Source of the DNA: Minisyncoccota bacterium
Lineage (GTDB): Bacteria; Patescibacteriota; Minisyncoccia; Phycocordibacterales; UBA5272
DNA length: 64,000 nucleotides
Assembly: GCA_041651055.1 (NCBI GenBank)
Contig: JBAZJW010000004.1
Span: 2,018-66,017 of the forward strand
Direction of reading: 5' to 3'
Below the pieces are notes generated by a model. That model worked only from the letters and a program-made list of their open reading frames with translations. It was not told the DNA's origin and made no database searches. Shown in pieces: positions 17,111-25,684 of the stretch. Made by a program: the position numbers and the translations under genes. Numbering within the stretch: position 1 is the stretch's first letter; each line of letters begins with the position of its first letter.

Positions 17111-17461
17111 ATGAACGATGTGAACAGGGAAGTGGCAGAGAAGGTTATGGGGTGGGAAGTGTTGGACATAGACTTGCCGCCTGGTGAAAAACGAATGTGG
17201 GCCTCACACGAAGTCGATTCCATTGGCTATAAATATTTCAAGCCACAAATAGCCGTGAAGGACTTCGACCCCATGCACCGGATTGAGCACGCGTGGATGG
17301 TGGTGGAGAAGTTTGATGGTTGTCTGCATTTGAGGCAGCACAATAAAAATGGAAAATGGGAAGCGTTCTTTTGTGACGCTGGCCCAGGGCACGAAGCAGA
17401 GGGAGACACCGCACAAGAAGCGATATGCAAAGCCGCACTCGCGGCAAAGGAGGAAGCATGA
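17111..17461 (+). CDS. hypothetical protein (116 aa, island gene)
   Basis: GTAGGAGG RBS. AEKVMGWE motif. C-terminal KAALAAKEEA is repeated in a downstream ORF. Confidence 0.45.
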   Translation: MNDVNREVAEKVMGWEVLDIDLPPGEKRMWASHEVDSIGYKYFKPQIAVKDFDPMHRIEHAWMVVEKFDGCLHLRQHNKNGKWEAFFCDAGPGHEAEGDTAQEAICKAALAAKEEA

Positions 17462-17715
17462 AACTAGGAAAGTGTATTTATACAGGCGAACACGGAGACT
17501 ATGCTCACCATATTCTTTTGGATGAGTTTCCAAATGACGTGCTCAAAATTTCAACGGTGTTCTCAAGGAGCATTAATGGCTACAGTGAGAACTCAATCCT
17601 CTTGGAAAGAGGAACGGTCAGAAGGCTGGTCACTCTCCTACAAGAATGGCTGGGAGAACCTATAGGCATGACTGCCAAGGTAAAGCTGCCGAAGAAGCGG
17701 AAGGAGGGGAAGTGA
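17458..17715 (+). CDS. hypothetical protein (85 aa, island gene)
   Basis: AAAGGAGGAAGC RBS. ATGA overlap. Confidence 0.4.
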   Translation: MKLGKCIYTGEHGDYAHHILLDEFPNDVLKISTVFSRSINGYSENSILLERGTVRRLVTLLQEWLGEPIGMTAKVKLPKKRKEGK

Positions 17716-17891
17716 TGTTGGTCCAATGTCCTTACTGCTTCGGTAAGGCAGTTATCTGCTGCGGTCTGTGTGGTGGTCGCAAAGTGGTTCCAAAAGAGGC
17801 TGCAAACCAATACAGAAAACTTGCGAATCCTACTGTGGATGACAGGATTAGGATACGAGAGCAGTTCAAGGCAAAGGAGGGGGAGGGATGA
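17715..17891 (+). CDS. zinc-finger protein (59 aa, CxxC..CCGLCGG)
   Basis: GGAAGGAGGGGAAG RBS. MLVQCPYCFGKAVICCGLCGGRKV. Confidence 0.4.
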   Translation: MLVQCPYCFGKAVICCGLCGGRKVVPKEAANQYRKLANPTVDDRIRIREQFKAKEGEG

Positions 17892-18079
17892 TACTAGCCC
17901 TGAAACTATACAAGCTCTGTCCATCCTGGCGGTATCACGTTAGGCGCACATGGGCTATGGAGCCGCCGTTTAGGACGCATTGGTTCTGTAAGCATTGTCC
18001 TATAAAGATGTTCAACGGGATAGGAATGGCGTGGAGACGAACAAGAGACAGGGCCGCACTCGCGGCAAAGGACAACTGA
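17888..18079 (+). CDS. Cys/His-rich small protein (63 aa)
   Basis: AAAGGAGGGGGAGGG RBS. C-terminal AALAAK repeats the junction sequence seen at 17433. Confidence 0.35.
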   Translation: MILALKLYKLCPSWRYHVRRTWAMEPPFRTHWFCKHCPIKMFNGIGMAWRRTRDRAALAAKDN

Positions 18080-18255
18080 TGCTGCTGCGTATAACTGCCC
18101 CGCATTTTGTAGCAGGAATGGACACGGAAACCAGAGAATGTGCCCCGATTATTAATTATATGAAGATGTGGACTATTGGCGGTATCAAGTCTTATTGTGA
18201 AAAGAAAGGTTGGAAGTGCGAAAAGATAGACAAGAAGGAGGGGGAGCATGAGTGA
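18079..18255 (+). CDS. small Cys-containing protein (58 aa)
   Basis: TGATG overlap start. Confidence 0.3.
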   Translation: MLLRITAPHFVAGMDTETRECAPIINYMKMWTIGGIKSYCEKKGWKCEKIDKKEGEHE

Positions 18256-18700
18256 GCGAAGGTTTTATATAGCAGAAATAGAGGAGAATGATGGAACATA
18301 CAAAAACCCAGAAGTAATCACCGAGTCTGTGCTGAGGCGGTGGGCAATCCAAATGTTCAATGCTCAATGGACTTGTGCTGATGATGTGAGAATTGACATC
18401 CTACTCCACGGCTCGGGGGAGAAGGGCGATGACTTACCTCCCCGTGAGATGAGGGCAGAGCCGTATTACAAGAAGCTCGGTGAGGGGGAGAAGGAAGTAA
18501 AGGTCAACCACGAACAGTTTGAAGCTGTACGAGCAGCAATGCCCTCCCCCGCGCCGACAAGGGCGGAGTGGGAAGCGTGGATAAACAGATTTCCGTGGGT
18601 GTATTTGCAGGATTGCACCGTAATGGGAACAGGATATGATAATGGGGCAGAAAGGTTAAGGGACTGGTTCAAGTCCATGCCAATCATTCCCAAGGAGTGA
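18248..18700 (+). CDS. hypothetical protein (150 aa). In-frame TGA is followed by a 46-codon extension (to 18838) that repeats its C-terminal module
   Basis: AGAAGGAGGGGGAG RBS. See the finding on the in-frame stop. Confidence 0.45.
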   Translation: MSERRFYIAEIEENDGTYKNPEVITESVLRRWAIQMFNAQWTCADDVRIDILLHGSGEKGDDLPPREMRAEPYYKKLGEGEKEVKVNHEQFEAVRAAMPSPAPTRAEWEAWINRFPWVYLQDCTVMGTGYDNGAERLRDWFKSMPIIPKE

Positions 18701-18842
18701 ACCCCCACGCCGACAAGGGAGGAATGGGCTCACAAACTGGCCCATGCGCTATGTACGAAGGACTATTTTAGCCATGAGACACAAAGGGAAGAGGTAGAAA
18801 ACTTACTTCTTTCCATGCCCATCGTGCCGAAAGGATGAACTA

Positions 18843-19016
18843 ATGAACAAATCAAAACTACTCCGCGACAGAGACATAGCTATCATACTATCCACAATAC
18901 ATCTCTCTAAGCGTGAGAAACGAACTAGATCAACAACCTATACAGTTACTCTACCAACACTATTATTAATCATACTAGCAATAGCCTTATTATTAACCTC
19001 ACACCTAACCTACTAG
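18843..19016 (+). CDS. small membrane-anchored protein (57 aa)
   Basis: C-terminal TM segment LPTLLLIILAIALLLTSHL. Weak RBS. Confidence 0.3.
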   Translation: MNKSKLLRDRDIAIILSTIHLSKREKRTRSTTYTVTLPTLLLIILAIALLLTSHLTY

Positions 19017-19028
19017 GAGGAACCCGAC

Positions 19029-19751
19029 ATGATACCTACTATGATGAATGACCTAACCAATCCCCCACTTGACAATGTTGCAGTCTACCTAAGTGGTGGT
19101 ATAGACTCGTCCGTGGTGCTTTATCACGTGACTAAAAAATGCAAAAACGTTCGCACGTATACGGCAGTTTTTGGTGTATCTAATGACGAGTCTGCCAAAG
19201 CTCAACGCGTGGCTAACTATTTTGGCACAACACACACTGAGGTATTTATATTCAAGTCTGATATACTAGACTCTCTCCCATATGTAATGCGTCTATTCGA
19301 CAGACCTCGATACAACATCTGGCCGTTTTTTCTGGCTAGACGTGCCTTCTATGATGAGGTTAAAACAGCCTACATAGGTGAGGGGTCAGATGAGATATTT
19401 GGTTATCCCGATCGTGGTTACCTCGAAGGCTGGGCCGGGCAGTTGATTTATGTACGTCCAACCTATGATATAGTCAACTCCCACTTCGGCATCACTCTCA
19501 AAGCCCCGTTCACTGAGTTACACCACAAGCTCATAGCAGACTACGGTTCCCAGTCCGCACCGTTAGCATACTTCGATCCACCCAACAAATCCTACCTTCG
19601 TTCAGCATATAAACGTCTCTTGCCAGACTGGATACTCAACACTCCCACAACTGCACCAGCATTTACTAACTACACCGAACTTGGGATCACTAAACATGAA
19701 TTCCAAATCGCAGCTACACGTGCATGGTTGGGGGTGCATGATGTTCACTAA
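19029..19751 (+). CDS. asparagine-synthetase-like (AsnB C-terminal domain only) PP-loop amidotransferase
   Basis: PP-loop VYLSGGIDSSVV. AsnB signature YIGEGSDEIFGYPDR. No glutaminase domain and no QueC-type Cys cluster. Confidence 0.7.
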   Translation: MIPTMMNDLTNPPLDNVAVYLSGGIDSSVVLYHVTKKCKNVRTYTAVFGVSNDESAKAQRVANYFGTTHTEVFIFKSDILDSLPYVMRLFDRPRYNIWPFFLARRAFYDEVKTAYIGEGSDEIFGYPDRGYLEGWAGQLIYVRPTYDIVNSHFGITLKAPFTELHHKLIADYGSQSAPLAYFDPPNKSYLRSAYKRLLPDWILNTPTTAPAFTNYTELGITKHEFQIAATRAWLGVHDVH

Positions 19752-20490
19752 ACTAACCATCGAACTCACCAACATCTGCAACTTATCATGTGATCCTTGT
19801 CCACGTCACCACCTAAAAATGAACTTTGGCTACATGAACGAGCAGCTATTCTATAAGTTGCTAGACCAATGTCCCCCAGGTACCACTATCCTACCGTTCT
19901 GGCGTGGTGAATCGCTCCTACACCCACAGGCTATTGAGCTGCTCTATTACGCAGTTTCCCGTAAATTAGATGTTGTGTTAGCAACCAACGGTTCCCGAAT
20001 GGTTGAACTACACCAACAAATCGGCCTCATAAAAAAGCTAAAAGCGATCAACGTGAGCTTACATAACATCGACTCATATTCAGCCTACCTATGGCTCCAA
20101 GAACTCAAACACGCTACAAACTCACCAATCGACATACAACTATCCTATGTCGAAGGTGAACACACCGACGTTCCAGAGGAGTTATTTAACCACTTAAACC
20201 TTCGCCGTTATAAACAACACTCCTTCAACGGTGTATGGGGATGCACCGATGCTGAACCAGTATTATACCAAGACTGGTGTCAGCGTTTAGACACTGACCT
20301 AGTAATCACGTGGGATGGTAAAGTCTCACGTTGCTGCTATGTGTGGCAACCAATAGAAGGTTTAGATGCTAACACACAAACTCTGGAATCCATACAATAT
20401 CATCCAAATTATAGTCGTATCATTACTAACTATCCCGACCGCATTTGCTCTGCGTGTGACCAATGGCGAGGCGGGGGTAGAACTCTCTAA
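19738..20490 (+). CDS. radical SAM enzyme
   Basis: CxxxCxxC triad in IELTNICNLSCDPCPRHH. Additional C-terminal Cys (RCCYVW...CSACDQW). Confidence 0.7.
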   Translation: MMFTKLTIELTNICNLSCDPCPRHHLKMNFGYMNEQLFYKLLDQCPPGTTILPFWRGESLLHPQAIELLYYAVSRKLDVVLATNGSRMVELHQQIGLIKKLKAINVSLHNIDSYSAYLWLQELKHATNSPIDIQLSYVEGEHTDVPEELFNHLNLRRYKQHSFNGVWGCTDAEPVLYQDWCQRLDTDLVITWDGKVSRCCYVWQPIEGLDANTQTLESIQYHPNYSRIITNYPDRICSACDQWRGGGRTL

Positions 20491-20505
20491 CCCAGGAGTC
20501 AAACT

Positions 20506-21321
20506 ATGGACATTTTAATCCTTGGTGGCGATGGCATGTTGGGGCATCAGTTACTTAAATCCCTAAGTCATAAACACTACGTAAAAGCAACCATTCACGG
20601 GCCGGAGATGTTTGGTAGAATCAACACATTTCCATATGTTGACGTCACAAACACAGACCACTTAACAGAAATACTCTCTGAATTTCACCCTAAAGTTGTT
20701 ATCAATGCAGTGGGTTTCGTTAAACAACGGTTTCATGACTACGTCAAAAACATCGAAGTAAACGCTTTGTTTCCACACAAACTAAACAACCTCTGTAAGT
20801 CTATTCATGCGCGACTTATACACATCAGCACGGACTGTGTGTTTAGTGGTAACAATAGCAGCTACACAGAACAACATACACCTGATCCTGTTGACATCTA
20901 TGGTATGACAAAACTACTTGGTGAAATTCACTCATCTTATGGTTGTCTTACTCTACGCACGTCATTCATAGGACGTGAACTTAAGAATAAGTTAGGTTTA
21001 CTTGAGTGGTTTCTAGGTCAAACCGGGACGAGTGTAAACGGCTACATAAACGCTGTTTTCAGTGGCCTAACCACCATCGAATTTGGGCGTGTTATAGAGA
21101 TGATACTAGACTCCCACGAACTACATGGTCTACTTAACGTATCTGGTTATCCCATTAATAAGTATGATCTCTTACTTAAACTCCGTGCTAAATTCAACCT
21201 AAACATAGACATCAAACCATGTATGGAACCAGTGATTAATAGGTCGTTAGATTCATCCAAGTTTATGAAACGCTTCAACTACCAGCCCCCAACCTGGGAT
21301 TCGTTGATTGAGGAACTATGA
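20506..21321 (+). CDS. NAD(P)-dependent sugar reductase/epimerase, RmlD-like
   Basis: ILILGGDGMLG Rossmann motif. YGMTK (YxxxK) catalytic pair. About 270 aa, as in dTDP-4-dehydrorhamnose reductases. Confidence 0.6.
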   Translation: MDILILGGDGMLGHQLLKSLSHKHYVKATIHGPEMFGRINTFPYVDVTNTDHLTEILSEFHPKVVINAVGFVKQRFHDYVKNIEVNALFPHKLNNLCKSIHARLIHISTDCVFSGNNSSYTEQHTPDPVDIYGMTKLLGEIHSSYGCLTLRTSFIGRELKNKLGLLEWFLGQTGTSVNGYINAVFSGLTTIEFGRVIEMILDSHELHGLLNVSGYPINKYDLLLKLRAKFNLNIDIKPCMEPVINRSLDSSKFMKRFNYQPPTWDSLIEEL

Positions 21322-22268
21322 AAATCCTTCACTACCATCACAACGGCGTGGGTGTGGTGCTTAGCAACGAAATGAACACCAGACCTAACATCACATCAAA
21401 GGTGTTCACCACCGCCAGACATCCTTTTGGGTTTAAGGCTGACTACGTGCTACCACCCAATATACCAATTCTAGGTTCACAAAACCTTTCATATTGGATA
21501 TTGTTTAGTACACTACACAAACGTTATGATATATTACATAGTCATGATGGAATTCCCCTACCACAACGTGTATTACGCAAATGGTCTGGCCGGGTTGTGC
21601 AGCACTACCACAATCCATTATTTACTGACTTCTACCCACACACTCCCATACCATCGTTCGTATCAACGCCAGCCATGACATTAACTATCCCAAATTCTGT
21701 GTGGATGCCACTACCTATAGACCCACTTAAATTCCATCCAGGTGTTAGACTTTATAACCCATACAATCCAGTTATAGGATTCTCATACAATATAAGCGCA
21801 GACAAGAATAAACTAAAATACATTCCACTTAATGAACTTATGCAGTTCTCACGGGACTGTAAACAAGTCATCATGAAAGGTTTATCTGATTCTATTCATC
21901 ATACCAAAATGCCAGCCTACTACCAATCAATAGACATTTATGTGGATCGCTTGGGACTGGACTCCTATGGTTGGCAAGCTATCGAAGCGGCGGCGTGTGG
22001 GTGCGTGGTAGTTACTCAAGCCAAGAACTCTCCAGAAGATTGTCCATTTAGTTATGCAACTCCAGAGACACTTTCTAACGTGCTAGAATCCATCATAACT
22101 CTACCAGTTAAGATGTTCATAAACATGAAACATCAATCCATTGAATACGCCAATAAATATCACAACGTCTCAACACTCGTTGACAGATACCTACAATATT
22201 ACTCTAACCTAGGAGACCTAAATGCTTTTAAAAACTGCATGGAGCACACTAGCATTACTGCTATATAA
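21318..22268 (+). CDS. putative glycosyltransferase
   Basis: C-terminal QAIEAAACGCVVV resembles the GT-B E...G.PVV sugar-donor motif. ATGA overlap. Confidence 0.45.
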   Translation: MKILHYHHNGVGVVLSNEMNTRPNITSKVFTTARHPFGFKADYVLPPNIPILGSQNLSYWILFSTLHKRYDILHSHDGIPLPQRVLRKWSGRVVQHYHNPLFTDFYPHTPIPSFVSTPAMTLTIPNSVWMPLPIDPLKFHPGVRLYNPYNPVIGFSYNISADKNKLKYIPLNELMQFSRDCKQVIMKGLSDSIHHTKMPAYYQSIDIYVDRLGLDSYGWQAIEAAACGCVVVTQAKNSPEDCPFSYATPETLSNVLESIITLPVKMFINMKHQSIEYANKYHNVSTLVDRYLQYYSNLGDLNAFKNCMEHTSITAI

Positions 22269-23250
22269 GCGTCAGAGTCAATGGGCCGTGCCAACATCAT
22301 TAGGTGTATGTCTGACAGATAGATGCAACATCAAATGCACCTACTGTATGCGAGAAACGTTTAAACCACCAAGCGGTGAGTTAGACCTAGACGATATTCA
22401 AGTTATGTTACGTAATGCACCTACTGTTACAGGCGTCTGTATTATGGGTTTGTGTGAACCTTATTGTAATCCTAATACGAGTCGTATCATCAAATGGTTA
22501 AAAGATGAAGGTCACTACAGTATATCATTCACTACAAATTGTACCATCCCATTCACACCCGTTAAATTAGATGCACTTCGACGCGTTGATGACATGGCCG
22601 TGAGTATAGACTCAGCTGATCCAGTGGTGTTTCGTGAATTAAGAGGTACTAGCTTAGACACAGTCATGACCCACCTAACCGATATTATTCGTTATAAACG
22701 TGTGCTCAAGTTAACCGCCACTGACTCACCACCCATTCACATCAATGCTGTAATAACTCAACGTAACTGGTCTGGCATACCAGACCTAATAAAAATGTTC
22801 GAACCCTATGCTAACGACCTAACCTACCTAATGCTAGACCCATGCACACGACCTGATTACTCAAAGGCAGACGTATTTACATCAACTGAGAAACCGTCTA
22901 ACTTCGACGACTTTAAACACCTTGCCAAACTCTCACCACTTAAAGTCATAGGTTTCGACTACATGTTCCAGCCATCTAGTGAGTGGTCTACCTGCTCAAT
23001 GTCGTGGTTAGGCCCATTCGTACAACCCAACGGTGACGTTTATCCTTGTTATGGTTATAGAACTGTCGTTGGTAACATCTATCGTGAATCCCTACTCCAC
23101 GCCTGGAACTCCCCACTCATACGAGAGTTTCGACGTTCCTTACAAACTCCCTATCCACCGTTAGTTCAATGTCGTTTCTGTAACTTCGCCCGTCCTAAAT
23201 GGCAAGTAGGTGGTGCATACAATAAACTCCACGAGGATCAAGACAAATGA
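22222..23250 (+). CDS. radical SAM enzyme with SPASM-like C-terminal Cys cluster
   Basis: CLTDRCNIKCTYCMRE triad. C-terminal CYGYR...QCRFCNF is SPASM-like. Start uncertain (22222 or a downstream ATG). Confidence 0.65.
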   Translation: MLLKTAWSTLALLLYKRQSQWAVPTSLGVCLTDRCNIKCTYCMRETFKPPSGELDLDDIQVMLRNAPTVTGVCIMGLCEPYCNPNTSRIIKWLKDEGHYSISFTTNCTIPFTPVKLDALRRVDDMAVSIDSADPVVFRELRGTSLDTVMTHLTDIIRYKRVLKLTATDSPPIHINAVITQRNWSGIPDLIKMFEPYANDLTYLMLDPCTRPDYSKADVFTSTEKPSNFDDFKHLAKLSPLKVIGFDYMFQPSSEWSTCSMSWLGPFVQPNGDVYPCYGYRTVVGNIYRESLLHAWNSPLIREFRRSLQTPYPPLVQCRFCNFARPKWQVGGAYNKLHEDQDK

Positions 23251-23948
23251 CAGACTTTGATTATCAGTGGAAATACTTATCCAACTCACCCTATTTAGAA
23301 CACAACTCAGATAGGGTGAAAGAACTCCTAGACCTAACAATGCTACCGCCTGAGTGGTTTAATGGTAAGTATTGCCTAGACGTTGGCTGTGGTTCGGGAC
23401 GCTACACATATGCTATGCAACAACTAGGTGCAAAGGTTATATCAATAGACAACAGCATCTATGCACTCCAGCTAACAAGTCAAATAAACAAACACGTCTT
23501 TCTACATGACATCACCAAAGCACCGTTTTTTATACGTGGTTGTGCATTAACATTCTGCTATGGTGTGATCCACCACACACCCAACCCTAGAAAAGCCTTC
23601 TCAAACCTAGCAAAGGGTGTACCTAGTGGAGGTTATTTATTTGTTATGGTATACCGTGACTCTCCCGTTCAAAAACGGTACGAAGGTTTCAGAAAACTAT
23701 TTAAATCCCTACCTGCTGTAATGAGGTTACCTTTTGTTTATATGATTACTCTAGTGTTCCGTTATAATTACATCCCACCATTTTATCATCCAGTTCATAC
23801 AGTTCATGGTTGGTGGGACGCATTAAGTCCGACATACAACTTCACATTCACCGAGGACGAAATAGTAACGTGGTTTAGAGAAGAAGGGTTTAGTAACTTA
23901 TACACTTCTACCCTACCTAACATATGTATGACAGGACTAAAACTATGA
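23247..23948 (+). CDS. class I SAM-dependent methyltransferase
   Basis: Motif I LDVGCGSGRYTYAM. Confidence 0.65.
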   Translation: MTDFDYQWKYLSNSPYLEHNSDRVKELLDLTMLPPEWFNGKYCLDVGCGSGRYTYAMQQLGAKVISIDNSIYALQLTSQINKHVFLHDITKAPFFIRGCALTFCYGVIHHTPNPRKAFSNLAKGVPSGGYLFVMVYRDSPVQKRYEGFRKLFKSLPAVMRLPFVYMITLVFRYNYIPPFYHPVHTVHGWWDALSPTYNFTFTEDEIVTWFREEGFSNLYTSTLPNICMTGLKL

Positions 23949-24589
23949 AAATCCTCTTTGTCCCACACGATGCAGGTAACTTTGCTCCGTTGGTAGCTAA
24001 GTGTCTACGTGACCAAGGTTACGATGCTAGGTGTATAATTTTTTCACAATCGTATCTAAGTTATAAGGTTCAACCACCAGACAAAGTAATCGGCGGTCGT
24101 GGTGTGTGGTCACTATTAATATTAGAACTAAAACGCTGGCTCGTGTTGTATGAGGCACTTAGTTATGATGTGATTGTTTTTACCTTTGGTAGTACCATCC
24201 TCCCGAACCCGGCGTTTATAGGTTGGGGATTGAGTAGTAAAATTTCACTAAAAATGCGTATGTTTTATTCATGTATAGTCTATCCATTCAGTTATCTAAT
24301 GTTAGATGTTTGGTTGTTACATAAACTACACAAACGCATAGGTGTATTGTTCCAGGGCGGCGACGCGCGTAGAGGTGACATACTACGTACGCGTGGGTAT
24401 CCAGACATAGACGAAGAACCCAAGGGTTATTATATTAACTTCATTGACAGATTAAAGTCCCGGCGTGCCAAACTTTGGGACAAATATGCTGATGTTATTT
24501 GGTACCACAACCCCGATCTCTGGTGGGGACTACCTAAACGCTCAACCTTTATGCCGTACCCAATAGAGACTAACCATGAAACGTTCTGA
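23945..24589 (+). CDS. GT-B glycosyltransferase, N-terminal (acceptor) half-like
   Basis: MKILFVPHDAGNFAPLVAKCLRDQGYDARCI resembles a GT4 N-terminus. ATGA overlap with the methyltransferase. Confidence 0.4.
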   Translation: MKILFVPHDAGNFAPLVAKCLRDQGYDARCIIFSQSYLSYKVQPPDKVIGGRGVWSLLILELKRWLVLYEALSYDVIVFTFGSTILPNPAFIGWGLSSKISLKMRMFYSCIVYPFSYLMLDVWLLHKLHKRIGVLFQGGDARRGDILRTRGYPDIDEEPKGYYINFIDRLKSRRAKLWDKYADVIWYHNPDLWWGLPKRSTFMPYPIETNHETF

Positions 24590-24932
24590 TATACGTAGAC
24601 TCTACGTCCATAACCGCATGATCCTAATGAAAGGATTTAATGAGGTTGGTATAGTTATAAGTATCTGGAACACGTCTATGCTACTGTTGCTTACGTTGTC
24701 TAACTTATTTGGACGGTCTATTAAAGTTGTGTGGATGGTGGTTATAGCTATACCTACTATTGTAGTTGTCTTTTATTTAGTAGGTCTCCTACTCTACAAA
24801 CGCGGCTTCATGAACGCGGAGTCAGAATGGATAGCAAGTGTAAGTCCTCCACATATGGACATAATCAAACGTCTAGACCACATAGAAAAGGAGCTACAGG
24901 ATGTCAAGACTAACATTCGGACACATAGTTAA
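24576..24932 (+). CDS. small membrane protein (2 TM), between the GT halves
   Basis: Hydrophobic segments IVISIWNTSMLLLLTL and VVWMVVIAIPTIVVVFYLVGLLLY. Confidence 0.4.
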   Translation: MKRSDIRRLYVHNRMILMKGFNEVGIVISIWNTSMLLLLTLSNLFGRSIKVVWMVVIAIPTIVVVFYLVGLLLYKRGFMNAESEWIASVSPPHMDIIKRLDHIEKELQDVKTNIRTHS

Positions 24933-25494
24933 CCACCGTGAGCCAAAAGGTAGTCGTTTCGTATTAGACGCTGTTCATAAAGCACGTATGTCAGGTGCAG
25001 ACTTCGGGTTTATATTTGCTGAACGTCTCTCATATCAGGAGGCTATGAAGTTATACCCCCAAATTGATGTGTTGCTTGAGCAGTTTGTTATAGGCTGGTA
25101 TGGTCTACAAGCATGTGAGTTTGCACTCATGGGTAAGCCGGTTGTAGTCTATCTACGTGAGGCTGACGGCCCGCCGCTGGTACCTAGCCAACTCTGGCAG
25201 GACATACCATTTATCAACGCCACTCCAGATCAAATCCCTGGTGTGATTATAAACATCACCAAGATGTCAACTCTTGCTCTAACTGAATTAGGAAAACGCG
25301 GCATAGCCTTCGTTAAGAAATATCATTCAAACACTGTAGTAACCCAACAAGTCATGAATGAGTTATTAACCCTACCAAATCACTCGGAATTAAACGAATC
25401 TCACGGAAAACTTTCCCCTAAGGAGGTGCATTGTGATGAAAAAGGTAATCCTATTAGCGTGGCTGCTTCAAATAGTGATCTACCCAAACTATAA
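24901..25494 (+). CDS. GT-B glycosyltransferase, C-terminal (donor-binding) half-like
   Basis: GHIVNHREPKGSRFVLDAV and LEQFVIGWYGLQACEFALMGKPVVV resemble the GT4 C-domain E-x7-E region. Confidence 0.5.
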   Translation: MSRLTFGHIVNHREPKGSRFVLDAVHKARMSGADFGFIFAERLSYQEAMKLYPQIDVLLEQFVIGWYGLQACEFALMGKPVVVYLREADGPPLVPSQLWQDIPFINATPDQIPGVIINITKMSTLALTELGKRGIAFVKKYHSNTVVTQQVMNELLTLPNHSELNESHGKLSPKEVHCDEKGNPISVAASNSDLPKL

Positions 25495-25684
25495 AGGCAT
25501 CCAAGGTGAGGTTGACTACTCTCGTCCAGCCATCGTGATTGACAAGGACGAAGTCTACCAAACCATACCAGGTACAACAGAACGTGACTACACTAAACCT
25601 AGCTACACTATAGAAGACAAACGTCCAGATACACGTAGACATCATCAACGTTACATAATCGACATGGAGGACCCGTTGGAATGA
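25436..25684 (+). CDS. small secreted/membrane protein (82 aa)
   Basis: AAGGAGGTG RBS. N-terminus KKVILLAWLLQIVIY is hydrophobic. Confidence 0.35.
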   Translation: MKKVILLAWLLQIVIYPNYKGIQGEVDYSRPAIVIDKDEVYQTIPGTTERDYTKPSYTIEDKRPDTRRHHQRYIIDMEDPLE

